A stretch of 57,230 nt of DNA from a virus (lineage: Duplodnaviria > Caudoviricetes). The translations under genes and the position numbers were made by a program. The notes below the pieces were generated by a model that made no database searches, was not told the DNA's origin, and worked only from the letters and a program-made list of their open reading frames with translations. The stretch's first letter is position 1. Each line of letters starts with the position of its first letter. The stretch is taken from positions 1-57,230 of IMG/VR virus record IMGVR_UViG_3300026097_000027. One strand, given 5' to 3'. Shown piece after piece: positions 29,101-39,641 of the stretch.

Positions 29101-31752
29101 ACAGAAGCAGAAATACTCGGACTTCGTGTTATTATTACATCAGGTACAGGTACAGGTCAATATGGATATGTTGACAGTTATAATGACATATCTAAAGTGT
29201 TAAATGTAAGAAGAGAAAGCGACGGCGTCGTAGGATGGGATCATGTTACTCCTGGAACTCCGGTTGCACCGATACTGGATACTTCAACTACATATCGATT
29301 AGAACCGAGACCCATATTTAATGATCCTGGATTTACATCTACTGCGGTAGATTTAGAGGTCGGGACAGTTTGGGCTAATATTGTTTACGGCGAAACTACT
29401 GAAACATATACTAATGTTATTAGTCAAGTAGGCACAGGAGAAGTTGAGGAACAAGACGGTTTAGTTCCTGCAGCTGCAACATTTAATGTTATTAAAAATG
29501 GCAGAGATTATGCTGTAACTATTAATGATGGCGGCGCCGGTTATGCTGTAAGAGATGTAGTGACAGTATCTGGAACCAATTTAGGAGGCAACAGCCCTGA
29601 TAATGATATAACAATAACCGTAACTAGTATTTCAGACGATAGTACAAATAGTATTACTAGCTTTGCGTTTGATGGGAAAGGCAGAACTGGTAGATTTGTA
29701 GCAGTTCCGGCCGTTGGAAGAGTTACCTCGTATTCATTAAACGGCGAAACGTGGACATCAGATTCTGAGACAGGTGGATTACCGAGAAGTGGTAATTGGA
29801 AATGTTTGGCAGCTGGAGATAATAGATTTGTAGCAATACAAAACGGTTCAGATAACGCTGCATATTCACTAGATGGTATTAATTGGTCATTATCTTCTAT
29901 GCCATCTTCGGCTAGTTGGAATGCCGTAACGCACGGTGATGGAGTTTTTGTAGCGGTTGCAGGCGACGCAGATAAAGCAGCAATTAGTATCGATGGCGGT
30001 GAAACTTGGACTGCTTCTACAATTGCAAACTTTGGTGACTCGACATTTAATGAATGGATTGGCATTGCATACGGTAAAAATAAATTTGTTGCTGTAGCAA
30101 ACAGTAATAATATTTCTGTTGAAGGTGTTTACAATTCAGTATCAAATACAATAACCTGGACTCCGCATGTAATGGATGTTATTGACGATTCGACTCAAAG
30201 AGATTGGGTAAATGTTGCTTATGGTAATAACAGATTTGTTGCCGTATCGAGACAAGCTGACGTTGCATATAGTTTAGATGGAGAATTTTGGTATTCTGCG
30301 GAGATGCCCAAACCTGACGAAAGCACTATAATGAGTTGGAATAATATTAAGTATGCGCAAGGAGTTTTCTTTGCAGTATGTGATACTGGAGATAACGCAC
30401 TTATTGGCGGCGACGAAGTGGACGGTCCAACAAAATATTGTGCTACTTCGTATGACGGTATTGTGTGGACTAATAGATTTTTAACATCTGAACTCGAATG
30501 GAACATTTTGGCATTTGGTAATCCAGATATTACACTAGGTGATTCGTCATTGCAGAATAATACAGGAATGTGGGTCGTGTTACCAAACGGAGTTTCTCAA
30601 ACTGCGAACAGAGTATTCACTGGCGCACGAGCATTAGCTAGAATCATTGTTGCTGCAGGCAGAGTCAGCGAAATTAGAATTTGGGAGCCGGGTTCAGGGT
30701 ATGCAGTTTCACCTACATTAACTACAATAGATCCAAACAATACCAGCGAAATATTTGTTGATGCAAGAATTGGGGAAGGAGTATTAGCTCAACCGAGTTG
30801 GATCAATAGAGGACAAGGGTTTAGAACTTCATCTACAGTAGTAACTGTTAACGGTAATGGTTTTGCAGATGTTATTGAAATTGGAAATGAAATAACTTTA
30901 GATGAATTAGAAGTTTACCCAGGACCTGGAACACAGTTAATATTTAACGGAATTAATGAAATTTACACAGTAGTTACAGTTACTGAATTAGGCGAAAAGC
31001 CTAATGGCAAGTTAAGAGCTAGATTTAGTATTGATCCAAGTTGGAACAACAATGAAGGTTTAACGGTTGAACATGGTACGAGCCTAATTTTAAGAGAAAG
31101 ATATAGTCAGGTTCGTGTAACAGGTCATGACTTCCTAGACATCGGCACTGGCAACTTTACAGAGACAAATTATCCAGAAATTTATGCTAGCGGCGCGTTT
31201 TTTACAGGTAGTCCAGAAAATGAAGTTACTGAAACTGATGGAGGGCGAGTATTCTATACAAGTACGGATCAAGATGGTAACTTTAGAACAGGTGAACTAT
31301 TTGCTGTAGAACAAGCAACGGGTATTGTAACTATTAGTGCGCAATTCTTTGACTTAGAAGGTTTAACAGAGTTAAATCTTGGTGGAATCCGAGTAGGTGG
31401 TTCGGGAGTTGTTATTAGAGAATTCTCAACAGATCCTTTGTTTACAGAAGATTCTAACAATGTTGTCCCAACACAGCGAGCTATTAAAGCATTTTTACAA
31501 AATAGATTAAGTGTTGGTGGATCAGAATTATCTACAGCTAGTTTTATTGCTGGTACGGTAAAAGTAGGTCCGGCTGAAATAAGTTCAACTATTGGAAGCT
31601 TTGTTAATTTTTCAAATACACTGGATTTCAGTGCAGGCGGCGAACCACTAGAAAATGACGACGGTACTGGTCAAGGACAGATACAAGGATATATTTTGGG
31701 ACAAAAGTTCTTCTTTAGATCATTTGCTGATGATCCTAACAAGACTAGTTAA
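26170..31752 (+). CDS. Giant tail fibre / receptor-binding protein A (1860 aa)
   Basis: N-terminal CBM5/12-like repeats (W...Y..GD.V.YGG..Y.C...H), pectin-lyase-like beta-helix segments (YVAPNG.D...P.KTI..AC; SNDFTQ..SDG.G) and BNR-like propeller repeats (YG...FVAV; S.DG..W). Confidence 0.75.
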   Translation: MAEFKISRIRYTWRGTWSTATTYNKDDVVRFGAGSWVCIRQHTATAFQSDLTFVPVGDTVVQPAWVKMTDGYQWRDAWETGVLYNPGDIVLFGGAVYLAETSHTSSSFNSQLSNWTIYALSSKWNNIWVSGTIYGLNDIVRYRGTVYRCVSGHTAGSALEDDQSKWQIVYSGVEYRSAWATATRYAVNDLVKYGGSVYRCNTGHTSESTFDDAVWDIEFNGQEFGGEWNYLTVYQIGDVVKHGGYLYYSLTNNVDSNPANYTLPSGSTDWTLLSNAVNPRGNWIATETYKTGDLVRIGGILYVAKQDTTGDGSTLTYLDSGSWEIIVPGTEWKNYWEEETVYLVGDIVLFDGSAYSCNFAHTASLENYPGDNGNGIDYWDLILLAAEKTAMTAKGDLITFGLSRRRTGDGSTFDVTDVPIGNPEEILVANENDNLNYKVWGNSTRFFYVAPNGVDDELDPNRGINPFKPYKTIRFACERANDGFDGDTTVYAQAGEYEEILPIIVPVKTAVRGHEERTTTIKPNQPIAALANDISYTISAINRVSTIIPALALGSTITKTVGNTQEQVFLTDDVLIQIGDFETIETNDVTSSADAAVEVQSLASNLINYITFYINGLGTNPTLTGSNNATTDADLLNLARILTANREFLAEEAEAVVAFTFPNYSFDRELFKTNFRRYIDAWIYDITYPGTYKTILEGRYYRNAVLGSKTDDMFYVRDASGVRALTVEGLEGTLNPTGVFELFQRPTGGAFVSLDPGWGPADESTWILTRSPYIQGLATFGYAAIGQKIDGALHNGGNKSIVSNDFTQIISDGVGAWVLNNGRAELVSVFTYYAQVGYLATNGGIIRSLNGNCSYGNYGAYATGVDPTEIPRSAVVDNRNQQASVVSAFAGEVNDEILILEYNNAGQGYTEATTSFTGAGVNAEVVNDEFRDNGVFDVRLINPLDSGFPGGGGFTQVGNNAQAGGLTTITLATNEESTEAEILGLRVIITSGTGTGQYGYVDSYNDISKVLNVRRESDGVVGWDHVTPGTPVAPILDTSTTYRLEPRPIFNDPGFTSTAVDLEVGTVWANIVYGETTETYTNVISQVGTGEVEEQDGLVPAAATFNVIKNGRDYAVTINDGGAGYAVRDVVTVSGTNLGGNSPDNDITITVTSISDDSTNSITSFAFDGKGRTGRFVAVPAVGRVTSYSLNGETWTSDSETGGLPRSGNWKCLAAGDNRFVAIQNGSDNAAYSLDGINWSLSSMPSSASWNAVTHGDGVFVAVAGDADKAAISIDGGETWTASTIANFGDSTFNEWIGIAYGKNKFVAVANSNNISVEGVYNSVSNTITWTPHVMDVIDDSTQRDWVNVAYGNNRFVAVSRQADVAYSLDGEFWYSAEMPKPDESTIMSWNNIKYAQGVFFAVCDTGDNALIGGDEVDGPTKYCATSYDGIVWTNRFLTSELEWNILAFGNPDITLGDSSLQNNTGMWVVLPNGVSQTANRVFTGARALARIIVAAGRVSEIRIWEPGSGYAVSPTLTTIDPNNTSEIFVDARIGEGVLAQPSWINRGQGFRTSSTVVTVNGNGFADVIEIGNEITLDELEVYPGPGTQLIFNGINEIYTVVTVTELGEKPNGKLRARFSIDPSWNNNEGLTVEHGTSLILRERYSQVRVTGHDFLDIGTGNFTETNYPEIYASGAFFTGSPENEVTETDGGRVFYTSTDQDGNFRTGELFAVEQATGIVTISAQFFDLEGLTELNLGGIRVGGSGVVIREFSTDPLFTEDSNNVVPTQRAIKAFLQNRLSVGGSELSTASFIAGTVKVGPAEISSTIGSFVNFSNTLDFSAGGEPLENDDGTGQGQIQGYILGQKFFFRSFADDPNKTS

Positions 31753-31757
31753 AATAT

Positions 31758-31765
31758 TATAAATA
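31758..31765 (+). promoter_or_regulatory. Late promoter TATAAATA
   Basis: Perfect consensus before SD GGAG and ATG 31785. Confidence 0.75.
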
Positions 31766-31784
31766 CATCATAGCGGAGTAAGAA

Positions 31785-34700
31785 ATGGCAGAATTTAGAT
31801 TAGGTAGAATTAGATTTGTATGGAAAGATGAGTGGGCACCGTCTACTACATATTTTGTTGATGACGTTGTTAGATATGCTGGCAAGGTTTATATTTGTCA
31901 AGTAGGTCATACATCAGACACTTCAGACTTTTATGAGGATCTTAATATAGTCCCATCAAATTGGAATTTGATGTCAGATGGCCAATCGTGGAGAAGCGAT
32001 TGGGATGTTGACACATTCTATAGCGATGGCGATATTGTACTCTATGGTGGCATCACTTATATTTGTAATACTCCGCACACATCAAATTCTGATTCTGCCT
32101 TAAGTTTAGAAGCTGACCAAGATAAGTGGGATGTATTTGCTGAAAGTTTTATTTGGCAGGGCAACTGGGCAATTAATACTCAATATAAGAAAAATGATGT
32201 AGTAGCTTATGGCGGAATTACTTATATTTGTCGAGAAACTCATCAAAGTGCATTAAGTGACACTAGCGGTATTGACGGTCTTGCTGAAGATTCTGGAAAG
32301 TGGCAGGTAATCAATCCTGGACTAAAATATAGAGAAACCTGGTCAAGCGGAACTACAAAATACCGAGTAAATGATGTAGTTAAATATGGTGCAGGCTTAT
32401 GGATCTGCACAGTTAATCATGTTCCTGATACAGTTTTCGAAACAGATGTCACTGCTAATCGTTGGAGTCAGTTTGTCGAAGGCTTTGAATTCGAAGACGA
32501 TTGGAGCGATTCTACTGTTTATCAACCTGGCGATATTGTTCGTTATGGCGGTAACCAATATGTTGCCAAAACAAATCATAGTAATACCACTCCTACAACA
32601 CCTGGGCAAAGTGATTGGGATTTATTCTCAGAAGGCTTGAGATTTGAAAACGATTGGAGTATCGAAACTAGTTATAAAGTAGGATCTATTGTAAGAGTAA
32701 ACGGATATTCTTATCTAGCTACAATCGATTCTCCGTCTATCGGCACATTTGCAAGCGCAACTGCTGATGCAACTAATAGAATTACTGTAACGAGCTCAGC
32801 CGGAATGGTTGTAGGTATGGCAATTCGTTTTACTGGCACATCGTTTGGCGATATAAATCCAGGTGCAACTTATTATGTAAAACAAGTAGTAAGTGCTACA
32901 GAAATTATAATTTCTAATGATGAAGATCTTGTTAGTACCACAGATGTTACAACAGATACTGGAGGAATGACTGTATTTGCTTCAGCTCATCCTGCAAATG
33001 TAAATTTTTATCAAAGACTTGTTAGTGGAATTGCATGGCAAGGCGAATGGCAGGATGATGTAGAATACGAAATTGGAGATGCAATTAGATTTGGTGCTAA
33101 TGCATATATTTGTATTAAAAAGCATCGTTCAGAGCAGGATGACGGATCGTCTATAGTAGCTGAAGGTGGCGGCGCAGATAACAGCAGACCAGATCAAGAT
33201 GTTACAGGAACATATTGGAATGTAGTTGCAATTGGTAGTGAAATATCAGTTCTTACAACACAAGGAGATCTTGTATATTATAGTGGTTCTGGACCTACTA
33301 GACTGCCTATTGGAACAGAAGGTCAAGTCTTAAGAGTTAGTGATGATTCAATTCCTGAATGGGTTAGTTTAGGAGCTGTAGAAAATGTTTACTATGTTGC
33401 TACTAACGGGGTAGATCAACCTGCTCCTATAGGTGGATTAACTAAAGACAAGCCATGGAAAACAATTCGATATGCTTGTGAACAAGTAGAAAAAGGTGTT
33501 AAAAACCCTAATGCTCGCACATTGATAGAACTTAACAGAGTTTTTATCCAACGAGAAGTTACTGAATATATCCAAAATCAAATTGCTAATGCCACACCTG
33601 GCAGTATCTGGGAAAATTTTGATTACGAGGATTACAAGTGCGAACGAGATGTTGGTTTTGTGCTAGATGCATTAGTGTATGATATGACTCATGGCGGCAA
33701 TGTAAAAACTAGAGGAGCTGCAAACTCACTAGTAGGCGGCATTGTCGAAGACACTCCAGGCGCATATCCTGGTTTAGCTGGAGAGGAAGCCCAGTCATTA
33801 GCAGCTTATAATTATATGCTGACATTAATTTCTAATGTATTAGATCAAGAAGCTCCTAGTGTTAATTATCAAAATACAAATGGAGATAACTCTACAGCTA
33901 TTGTTACTCAATATTTTGATGCTTCTATTACAGCAGAAGCAACAGCACTTCCAAGAATACAAACATTAACAACTATTATAACAAATGCAATAGACGATGG
34001 CGATACTAGCAGAATTCCTGCTAGAAATTTTGATGAAGTTGCAATTATGGTCAGCACTGGTAAGTATCGAGAAGTATTGCCGATTATTGTTCCAGAAGGT
34101 GTATGTATACTAGGTGATGAGCTTAGAGGAACAAATGTTGGGCCTGCAATTAGTTCTGTCGATAAAACAGATGCCAAGTATAGTATTGGTGCATTAGGTA
34201 GATTAGAATCTATCGTAAACGACATTGTAGTAGGTAACGAAGTTACAGAAAGCGTCGGAAATACCGAAGTTCAAAGTAGAGAATGGCCGTATGCTGATAC
34301 ATTAGAGCAAGATGCCGTTACACAACTTGTAAGATCGATCCAACAAAATATTGATTTTAGAATTGGTACTACACATATGGCATCTAGTACCGACCCAGTC
34401 GGATACAACGATTCATATCTTGTAGGGTATGGCGATGCTAGAAAATTAGTTGTAGAAAACAAAGAGTTTCTAAAAGAAGAAGTTATTGCTTTTATAGCCG
34501 CAAACTACCCAGATCTAAAGTACAGCAGAACAAAATGTAGACAAGATGTTGGGTATATCGTTGATGCTGTTGCTTATGATTTAACTTATGGCGGATATAG
34601 TCAAAGTTTGAATGCAGGGTTAGCATACTATGAAGGATATGCAGGGCAGAGATTGATTAGCACAAGTGAACTTAGTGCTACAGTTGCCGCATACGACTTC

Positions 34701-37700
34701 TTAAAATCAAGACTACAAAGTGTTATTGGCGCGATATTATTACCAACACCACTACAAACCGCAGTTCCTCAATTTGTAGATACTGCTGGATCTGCAGCCA
34801 GTATCACATTTACAAACGGCGCAATAGATATTATTAGAAACCTTGTAAATGGCGGGACTGACAACTGGCCTAGTGTTACTATTACTACTATTGCTAGTAA
34901 TGTGGTTACAACATCTGCTACCCATAACTTACAGGTCGGCGATTTAATTGTTGTTAGAAGCACAGAAAACGGATTCGTTAAAAATACGAGATATTGGATT
35001 GCAAGTACTCCTGCTGGTAACACATTTACAGTTTCTGAGACATTTGGTGGAAGCGCATATACTTTAACTAATGGCACTGGATTATCTATTACAGCTAACA
35101 AGATTGATTATCCAGCAGTTGCCGACGGTGTTGGGTCCACTACTGCTCTTATTACGGCGGCAGAAACATTGAGTGCAGCTCGTGAAACTATTATCGAAAA
35201 TGTCATTGATGACTTGAATGAAGTAGCCTACCATATAGATTTTGTTGTAAGATTAAATGGATTAACCAACGACGATTTTATAGTCTATGTAGGTAAAAAT
35301 GACATTGCTCACACATATGTTAGCGGCGGTGTAGTAACCAAAGCAGATGATACAGATGTAAATATCACTAACTTTGTCTATAATGAATCTACAGGGTACG
35401 CAACAGTGACCACATCTACAGATCACGGTTTAGAAGCTGGTGACGTTGTAGATATTACAAATATCACAGTATCCTGTACTTCATCAGGCGAAACAAGAGA
35501 ATTTGTATATCCAAGTGCTACTAGCACTAAAGGTAATAGAACTAAAATCTTATACATACAAAACAAGTGTATCAGAGATTTAAGATTAATTCTTGAAGCT
35601 GTAAGTTTTGACTTTATGCTTGATAGTAACTTCCAAAGCATTAAAGCTGGGTATTCTTACTTGAGATCGTCAGCAGCCGAAGTGTTTACTTTAAATCAAA
35701 AGCAAATTACTAGAGATGCTTTGACAAATGCTAAAACTGAAGCGTTAGCGAATGTTGGCGGAGATACAACTGCACAGGCTAGAATTGAATCATTAATGAC
35801 CATTATTGATGATATTATCTACACTGGCTCGCTCGAAGGTGACAACTGTAGTACCGGTATTCGTAACAGACAATATGCTGTTCTGCAACTAGAAAGAAAC
35901 AGAGACTTTATTGTTTCAGAAATTGATAACTGGATTGCGAACACATATACTTCGACAGTAACTGTTACACAAGATTCTACAGATTACATCAATGTAAGCG
36001 ACACTAGCTGGATGAGTAGAAACACAGCAATTCGCTTTACAGGAGCCACGACTAGTGGAATCCAAACAGGTGTAACATACTATGTTCAAAATGTTATTGA
36101 CAGCGAAACTATTACAATTGCTGAGACAAGAAATGCACAATCACCTTTAGATATATCAGCCGGCGGAGACTTCGACGTCGAAACAGTAGGGTCATTTACT
36201 GTAAGTTTATATTACAATAATGCATTATGTTTAAGAGATGTTAACACTTATATTGATGCTCTTAAATACGATATTAAGTTCCCAGGTAACTATAAGTCAT
36301 TGTATGCTGCAAGATACTATGCTAATGCAGTAGTAGGATCACTTGAAGAAGATTGCTATTATCTACGAAATGCAACTGGAGTTCGTAACCAAACACTGGT
36401 AGAACTAACTGGTGACTTACTACCTGAAAATGAATATGGTACAAGTCGTGTAAGTGCTGGAGCATACTGCTCGTTAGATCCAGGTTGGGGCCCAGATGAT
36501 TATAGAGGATGGATCTTAACTCGTTCGCCGTATGTTCAAGGTGTAACCACATTCGGCACAGCGGCAATTGGTCAAAAAATTGATGGAAGTTTGCACAATG
36601 GCGGTAATGATAGTATTGTATCAAATGACTTTACGCAAGTAATCAGCGACGGTATAGGTGCTTGGGTATCAAATAACGGAAGAGCAGAACTTGTGTCTGT
36701 ATTTACATATTATGCACACATTGGTTACTTATCAGAATCAGGTGGGCGTATTCGTGGTACTAATGGTAACTGTTCGTATGGAGACTTTGGCGCAGTAGCA
36801 GAAGGATTTGATGCAGACGAAATACCAAATACTGCGGTAATTGACAATAAGAGTGGATTTAATGCAGTTATTGGGTCCGCAAATACAAACGGCGACGATA
36901 TTTTCAATTTTGAATTTGACCATGCTGGTAACGATTACACCGAAGTAGCATACACTATTACAGGTGGCGGCGTAAATGTTGATATTGAAGCAGACGAGTT
37001 CCGTGATGATGCAGTGTTCCAGGTTAGATTGATTGATCTTGGAGACGATTCGAGTGGGCAGTTCGGTGGTGATGGGTATTTAACAAATGCTAACACAGCA
37101 CAAGGTGGTACAACATCAAGTATAACATTGGCTGCGGTAGACCAAGAAGTAAGTTCTGCATATGTTGGTATGAAAGTCTTTGTTGACGGCGGAGCTGGTC
37201 AAGGACAATTTGGTATCGTTAGTACATATAATGCAGGTACAAAACTAGCCAATGTTGTAAGAGAAAGTGACGGCCAATCTGGATGGGATCATGTAGTTCC
37301 AGGAACAACAATTGTAAGTCCAAATGCAAGTTCGACATATGTAATGGAGCCTGCAATTAGTTTTACAAGTCCAGGATTCCAAGCAGACAGTTTAGAATTA
37401 CCACAAGTAGGAGACTGGGTTGATGCAACATTCGGTGAAACTGCCGCAACCTATACTGGATTATCACCTACAAGTTATACAGGAATTGGAACTGGCGCTA
37501 CATTTGATGTAGTTCGTAACGGTTCGAAGTATATTATTACATTAACAGACGGTGGACTAGATTATTCTAGACTAGAAACATTTAAGATTCTAGGTACAAG
37601 TTTAGGCGGAGAAACACCTACTAACGATATTACATTTACGATTACAGCAATTAACAGTGTAACCGGTGAAATTCTTGAATATGATCAAGAAGGTTTCGGA

Positions 37701-39629
37701 TTAAACGGCCTATTTGTTGCAAATAAATCAAACAGCGGAAACGGTATATTTACTAGCACCGACGGTGAAAATTGGTCCACTCGTATCTTACCATTACCTA
37801 CCACTAACTGGACTGGCGTCGCATCAGGATTAATTGATGACGGATCTTCAGATCTAAAAGTATCAAGATTTGTTGCGGTTGCTACTGGCGGAACAAGAGC
37901 AGCATGGAGTGCAGACGGTATTAACTGGTTCTCATCAAGTTTACCAGTAAGTGCATCTTGGACAAGAGTAGTTTTCGGTAACGGTCGTTTTGTTGCAATA
38001 GCTAGCGATAGTACCACAGTTGCAATATCTTTAGACGGCCAAGTATGGGATGTTACAGGTACATTAAATAGCACAGGGTTTGTTGATGTTACATATGGTA
38101 TGGGTAAATTTGTTGCTGTTAAAACAGGTAATACTGATGCTGTAGAATATTCAGATGACGGTGGTGAAACTTGGACACAAGAAGACTTACCTGCTAACAG
38201 TACATGGACCAGCGTAACATGGGGTCGTGGAGCATTCGTAGCAGTTGCTAGCGATAGCAATAATGGTGCTATCAGCATCGACGGCGAAACTTGGACAGCA
38301 ATGACTGTCGGATCTCCAGATTCTAATGATCCTGCAGGTTATCAAAGAGTTAGATATGGACAAGGATTGTTCATAGCTACAGCTACTTTAAATGGACAGA
38401 CTGGATATCAGTTTGTAATGAAGTCTGAAAACGGATTATATTGGACTGACGAAAGTATACCAACAGCCGGCGGAATACAAAACGATGGTTATAATGCTAT
38501 TGTATTTGGTAATCCTCAAAAAACAGGATATTGGTTAGCGTTCCAGAACGATAATGGCGATCATGCTGTTAAGATTAGAACAGGCGCAACTACACGAGCA
38601 AGAGCTTTTGTAGCACAAACCAAGATCTTTGTAATTAGATTAACAGAACCAGGTTCAGGATATGATACTGCTCCGACTATGACAGTTACTGATCCAAATA
38701 ACACATTTGAACTACCGGTAGAAGTTAGAGTAGGCAAAGGAGCATTAGCTACGCCTAGTTTTGTAGATAGAGGACAAGAATACACAAGTGCTAATGCTGA
38801 GGTTGATGACGATAATAGTAACGGATTTGCTGATTTCTATCAACCAGGAGCATTCATATTTGTTAGAAGATTAAGCCAGCGTCCGGTACCCGGATCAAAT
38901 ATTGTATTTGGTCACTTACCAAATCGAACATTTAAACTTGTAAATGTGTTAACCTTCTTAGGACAGAACGACGGTGCATATACAGCATTCTTCCAAGTAA
39001 GTCCAGAATTAACAATTCAAGAAGCTCCTGAAAATGGCACTAGTCTTACAACTAGAATTAGATTTAGTCAAGTACGACTAACAGGACACGACTTCCTAGA
39101 CATTGGTACTGGTAGCTTTGAAGAAACAAACTATCCAGGAACACCGACACAAGACCCAATCCCGGCTCAAGAAACTAAAGAAGGAAACGGTGGTCGTGTA
39201 TTCTATACAAGTACGGACCAGGATGGTAACTTCCGAGTTGGTGATTTGTTCACAATTGAACAGTCAACTGGTGTTGCAACATTGAATGCTGATGCATTTA
39301 ATATTGCAGGTCTACAAGAACTATCGTTGGGTGAAGTTACACTAGGCGGTGGATCAGCAAGTATTGATGAGTTTAGTTCAGACCCATTCTTTACAGCTGA
39401 CTCGGATAGTGTTGTACCAACACAGCGAGCAATTAGAGCATTCATTGCGTCACAGATTGGCGGCGGTGGTGCATCACTTAATGTGAATAGTGTAACGGCT
39501 GGATCGGTATTTATAAATACTAATCAAATACGAACAGTCGACGGATCAGTTATTAACATGCGAGGTAAGTTTAACTTCAAAGGCCCTGTAACTGGATACC
39601 CAATAGCGTGGAATTACTTTTTAGTATAA
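31785..39629 (+). CDS. Giant tail fibre / receptor-binding protein B (2614 aa), paralog of 26170-31752
   Basis: Same architecture as protein A and long shared blocks (SLDPGWGP.D...WILTRSPY.QG; GHDFLDIGTG.F.ETNYP; GGRVFYTSTDQDGNFR.G.LF..EQ.TG), plus extra internal helical repeats. Confidence 0.75.
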   Translation: MAEFRLGRIRFVWKDEWAPSTTYFVDDVVRYAGKVYICQVGHTSDTSDFYEDLNIVPSNWNLMSDGQSWRSDWDVDTFYSDGDIVLYGGITYICNTPHTSNSDSALSLEADQDKWDVFAESFIWQGNWAINTQYKKNDVVAYGGITYICRETHQSALSDTSGIDGLAEDSGKWQVINPGLKYRETWSSGTTKYRVNDVVKYGAGLWICTVNHVPDTVFETDVTANRWSQFVEGFEFEDDWSDSTVYQPGDIVRYGGNQYVAKTNHSNTTPTTPGQSDWDLFSEGLRFENDWSIETSYKVGSIVRVNGYSYLATIDSPSIGTFASATADATNRITVTSSAGMVVGMAIRFTGTSFGDINPGATYYVKQVVSATEIIISNDEDLVSTTDVTTDTGGMTVFASAHPANVNFYQRLVSGIAWQGEWQDDVEYEIGDAIRFGANAYICIKKHRSEQDDGSSIVAEGGGADNSRPDQDVTGTYWNVVAIGSEISVLTTQGDLVYYSGSGPTRLPIGTEGQVLRVSDDSIPEWVSLGAVENVYYVATNGVDQPAPIGGLTKDKPWKTIRYACEQVEKGVKNPNARTLIELNRVFIQREVTEYIQNQIANATPGSIWENFDYEDYKCERDVGFVLDALVYDMTHGGNVKTRGAANSLVGGIVEDTPGAYPGLAGEEAQSLAAYNYMLTLISNVLDQEAPSVNYQNTNGDNSTAIVTQYFDASITAEATALPRIQTLTTIITNAIDDGDTSRIPARNFDEVAIMVSTGKYREVLPIIVPEGVCILGDELRGTNVGPAISSVDKTDAKYSIGALGRLESIVNDIVVGNEVTESVGNTEVQSREWPYADTLEQDAVTQLVRSIQQNIDFRIGTTHMASSTDPVGYNDSYLVGYGDARKLVVENKEFLKEEVIAFIAANYPDLKYSRTKCRQDVGYIVDAVAYDLTYGGYSQSLNAGLAYYEGYAGQRLISTSELSATVAAYDFLKSRLQSVIGAILLPTPLQTAVPQFVDTAGSAASITFTNGAIDIIRNLVNGGTDNWPSVTITTIASNVVTTSATHNLQVGDLIVVRSTENGFVKNTRYWIASTPAGNTFTVSETFGGSAYTLTNGTGLSITANKIDYPAVADGVGSTTALITAAETLSAARETIIENVIDDLNEVAYHIDFVVRLNGLTNDDFIVYVGKNDIAHTYVSGGVVTKADDTDVNITNFVYNESTGYATVTTSTDHGLEAGDVVDITNITVSCTSSGETREFVYPSATSTKGNRTKILYIQNKCIRDLRLILEAVSFDFMLDSNFQSIKAGYSYLRSSAAEVFTLNQKQITRDALTNAKTEALANVGGDTTAQARIESLMTIIDDIIYTGSLEGDNCSTGIRNRQYAVLQLERNRDFIVSEIDNWIANTYTSTVTVTQDSTDYINVSDTSWMSRNTAIRFTGATTSGIQTGVTYYVQNVIDSETITIAETRNAQSPLDISAGGDFDVETVGSFTVSLYYNNALCLRDVNTYIDALKYDIKFPGNYKSLYAARYYANAVVGSLEEDCYYLRNATGVRNQTLVELTGDLLPENEYGTSRVSAGAYCSLDPGWGPDDYRGWILTRSPYVQGVTTFGTAAIGQKIDGSLHNGGNDSIVSNDFTQVISDGIGAWVSNNGRAELVSVFTYYAHIGYLSESGGRIRGTNGNCSYGDFGAVAEGFDADEIPNTAVIDNKSGFNAVIGSANTNGDDIFNFEFDHAGNDYTEVAYTITGGGVNVDIEADEFRDDAVFQVRLIDLGDDSSGQFGGDGYLTNANTAQGGTTSSITLAAVDQEVSSAYVGMKVFVDGGAGQGQFGIVSTYNAGTKLANVVRESDGQSGWDHVVPGTTIVSPNASSTYVMEPAISFTSPGFQADSLELPQVGDWVDATFGETAATYTGLSPTSYTGIGTGATFDVVRNGSKYIITLTDGGLDYSRLETFKILGTSLGGETPTNDITFTITAINSVTGEILEYDQEGFGLNGLFVANKSNSGNGIFTSTDGENWSTRILPLPTTNWTGVASGLIDDGSSDLKVSRFVAVATGGTRAAWSADGINWFSSSLPVSASWTRVVFGNGRFVAIASDSTTVAISLDGQVWDVTGTLNSTGFVDVTYGMGKFVAVKTGNTDAVEYSDDGGETWTQEDLPANSTWTSVTWGRGAFVAVASDSNNGAISIDGETWTAMTVGSPDSNDPAGYQRVRYGQGLFIATATLNGQTGYQFVMKSENGLYWTDESIPTAGGIQNDGYNAIVFGNPQKTGYWLAFQNDNGDHAVKIRTGATTRARAFVAQTKIFVIRLTEPGSGYDTAPTMTVTDPNNTFELPVEVRVGKGALATPSFVDRGQEYTSANAEVDDDNSNGFADFYQPGAFIFVRRLSQRPVPGSNIVFGHLPNRTFKLVNVLTFLGQNDGAYTAFFQVSPELTIQEAPENGTSLTTRIRFSQVRLTGHDFLDIGTGSFEETNYPGTPTQDPIPAQETKEGNGGRVFYTSTDQDGNFRVGDLFTIEQSTGVATLNADAFNIAGLQELSLGEVTLGGGSASIDEFSSDPFFTADSDSVVPTQRAIRAFIASQIGGGGASLNVNSVTAGSVFINTNQIRTVDGSVINMRGKFNFKGPVTGYPIAWNYFLV

Positions 39630-39641
39630 TAGGAGAATATA

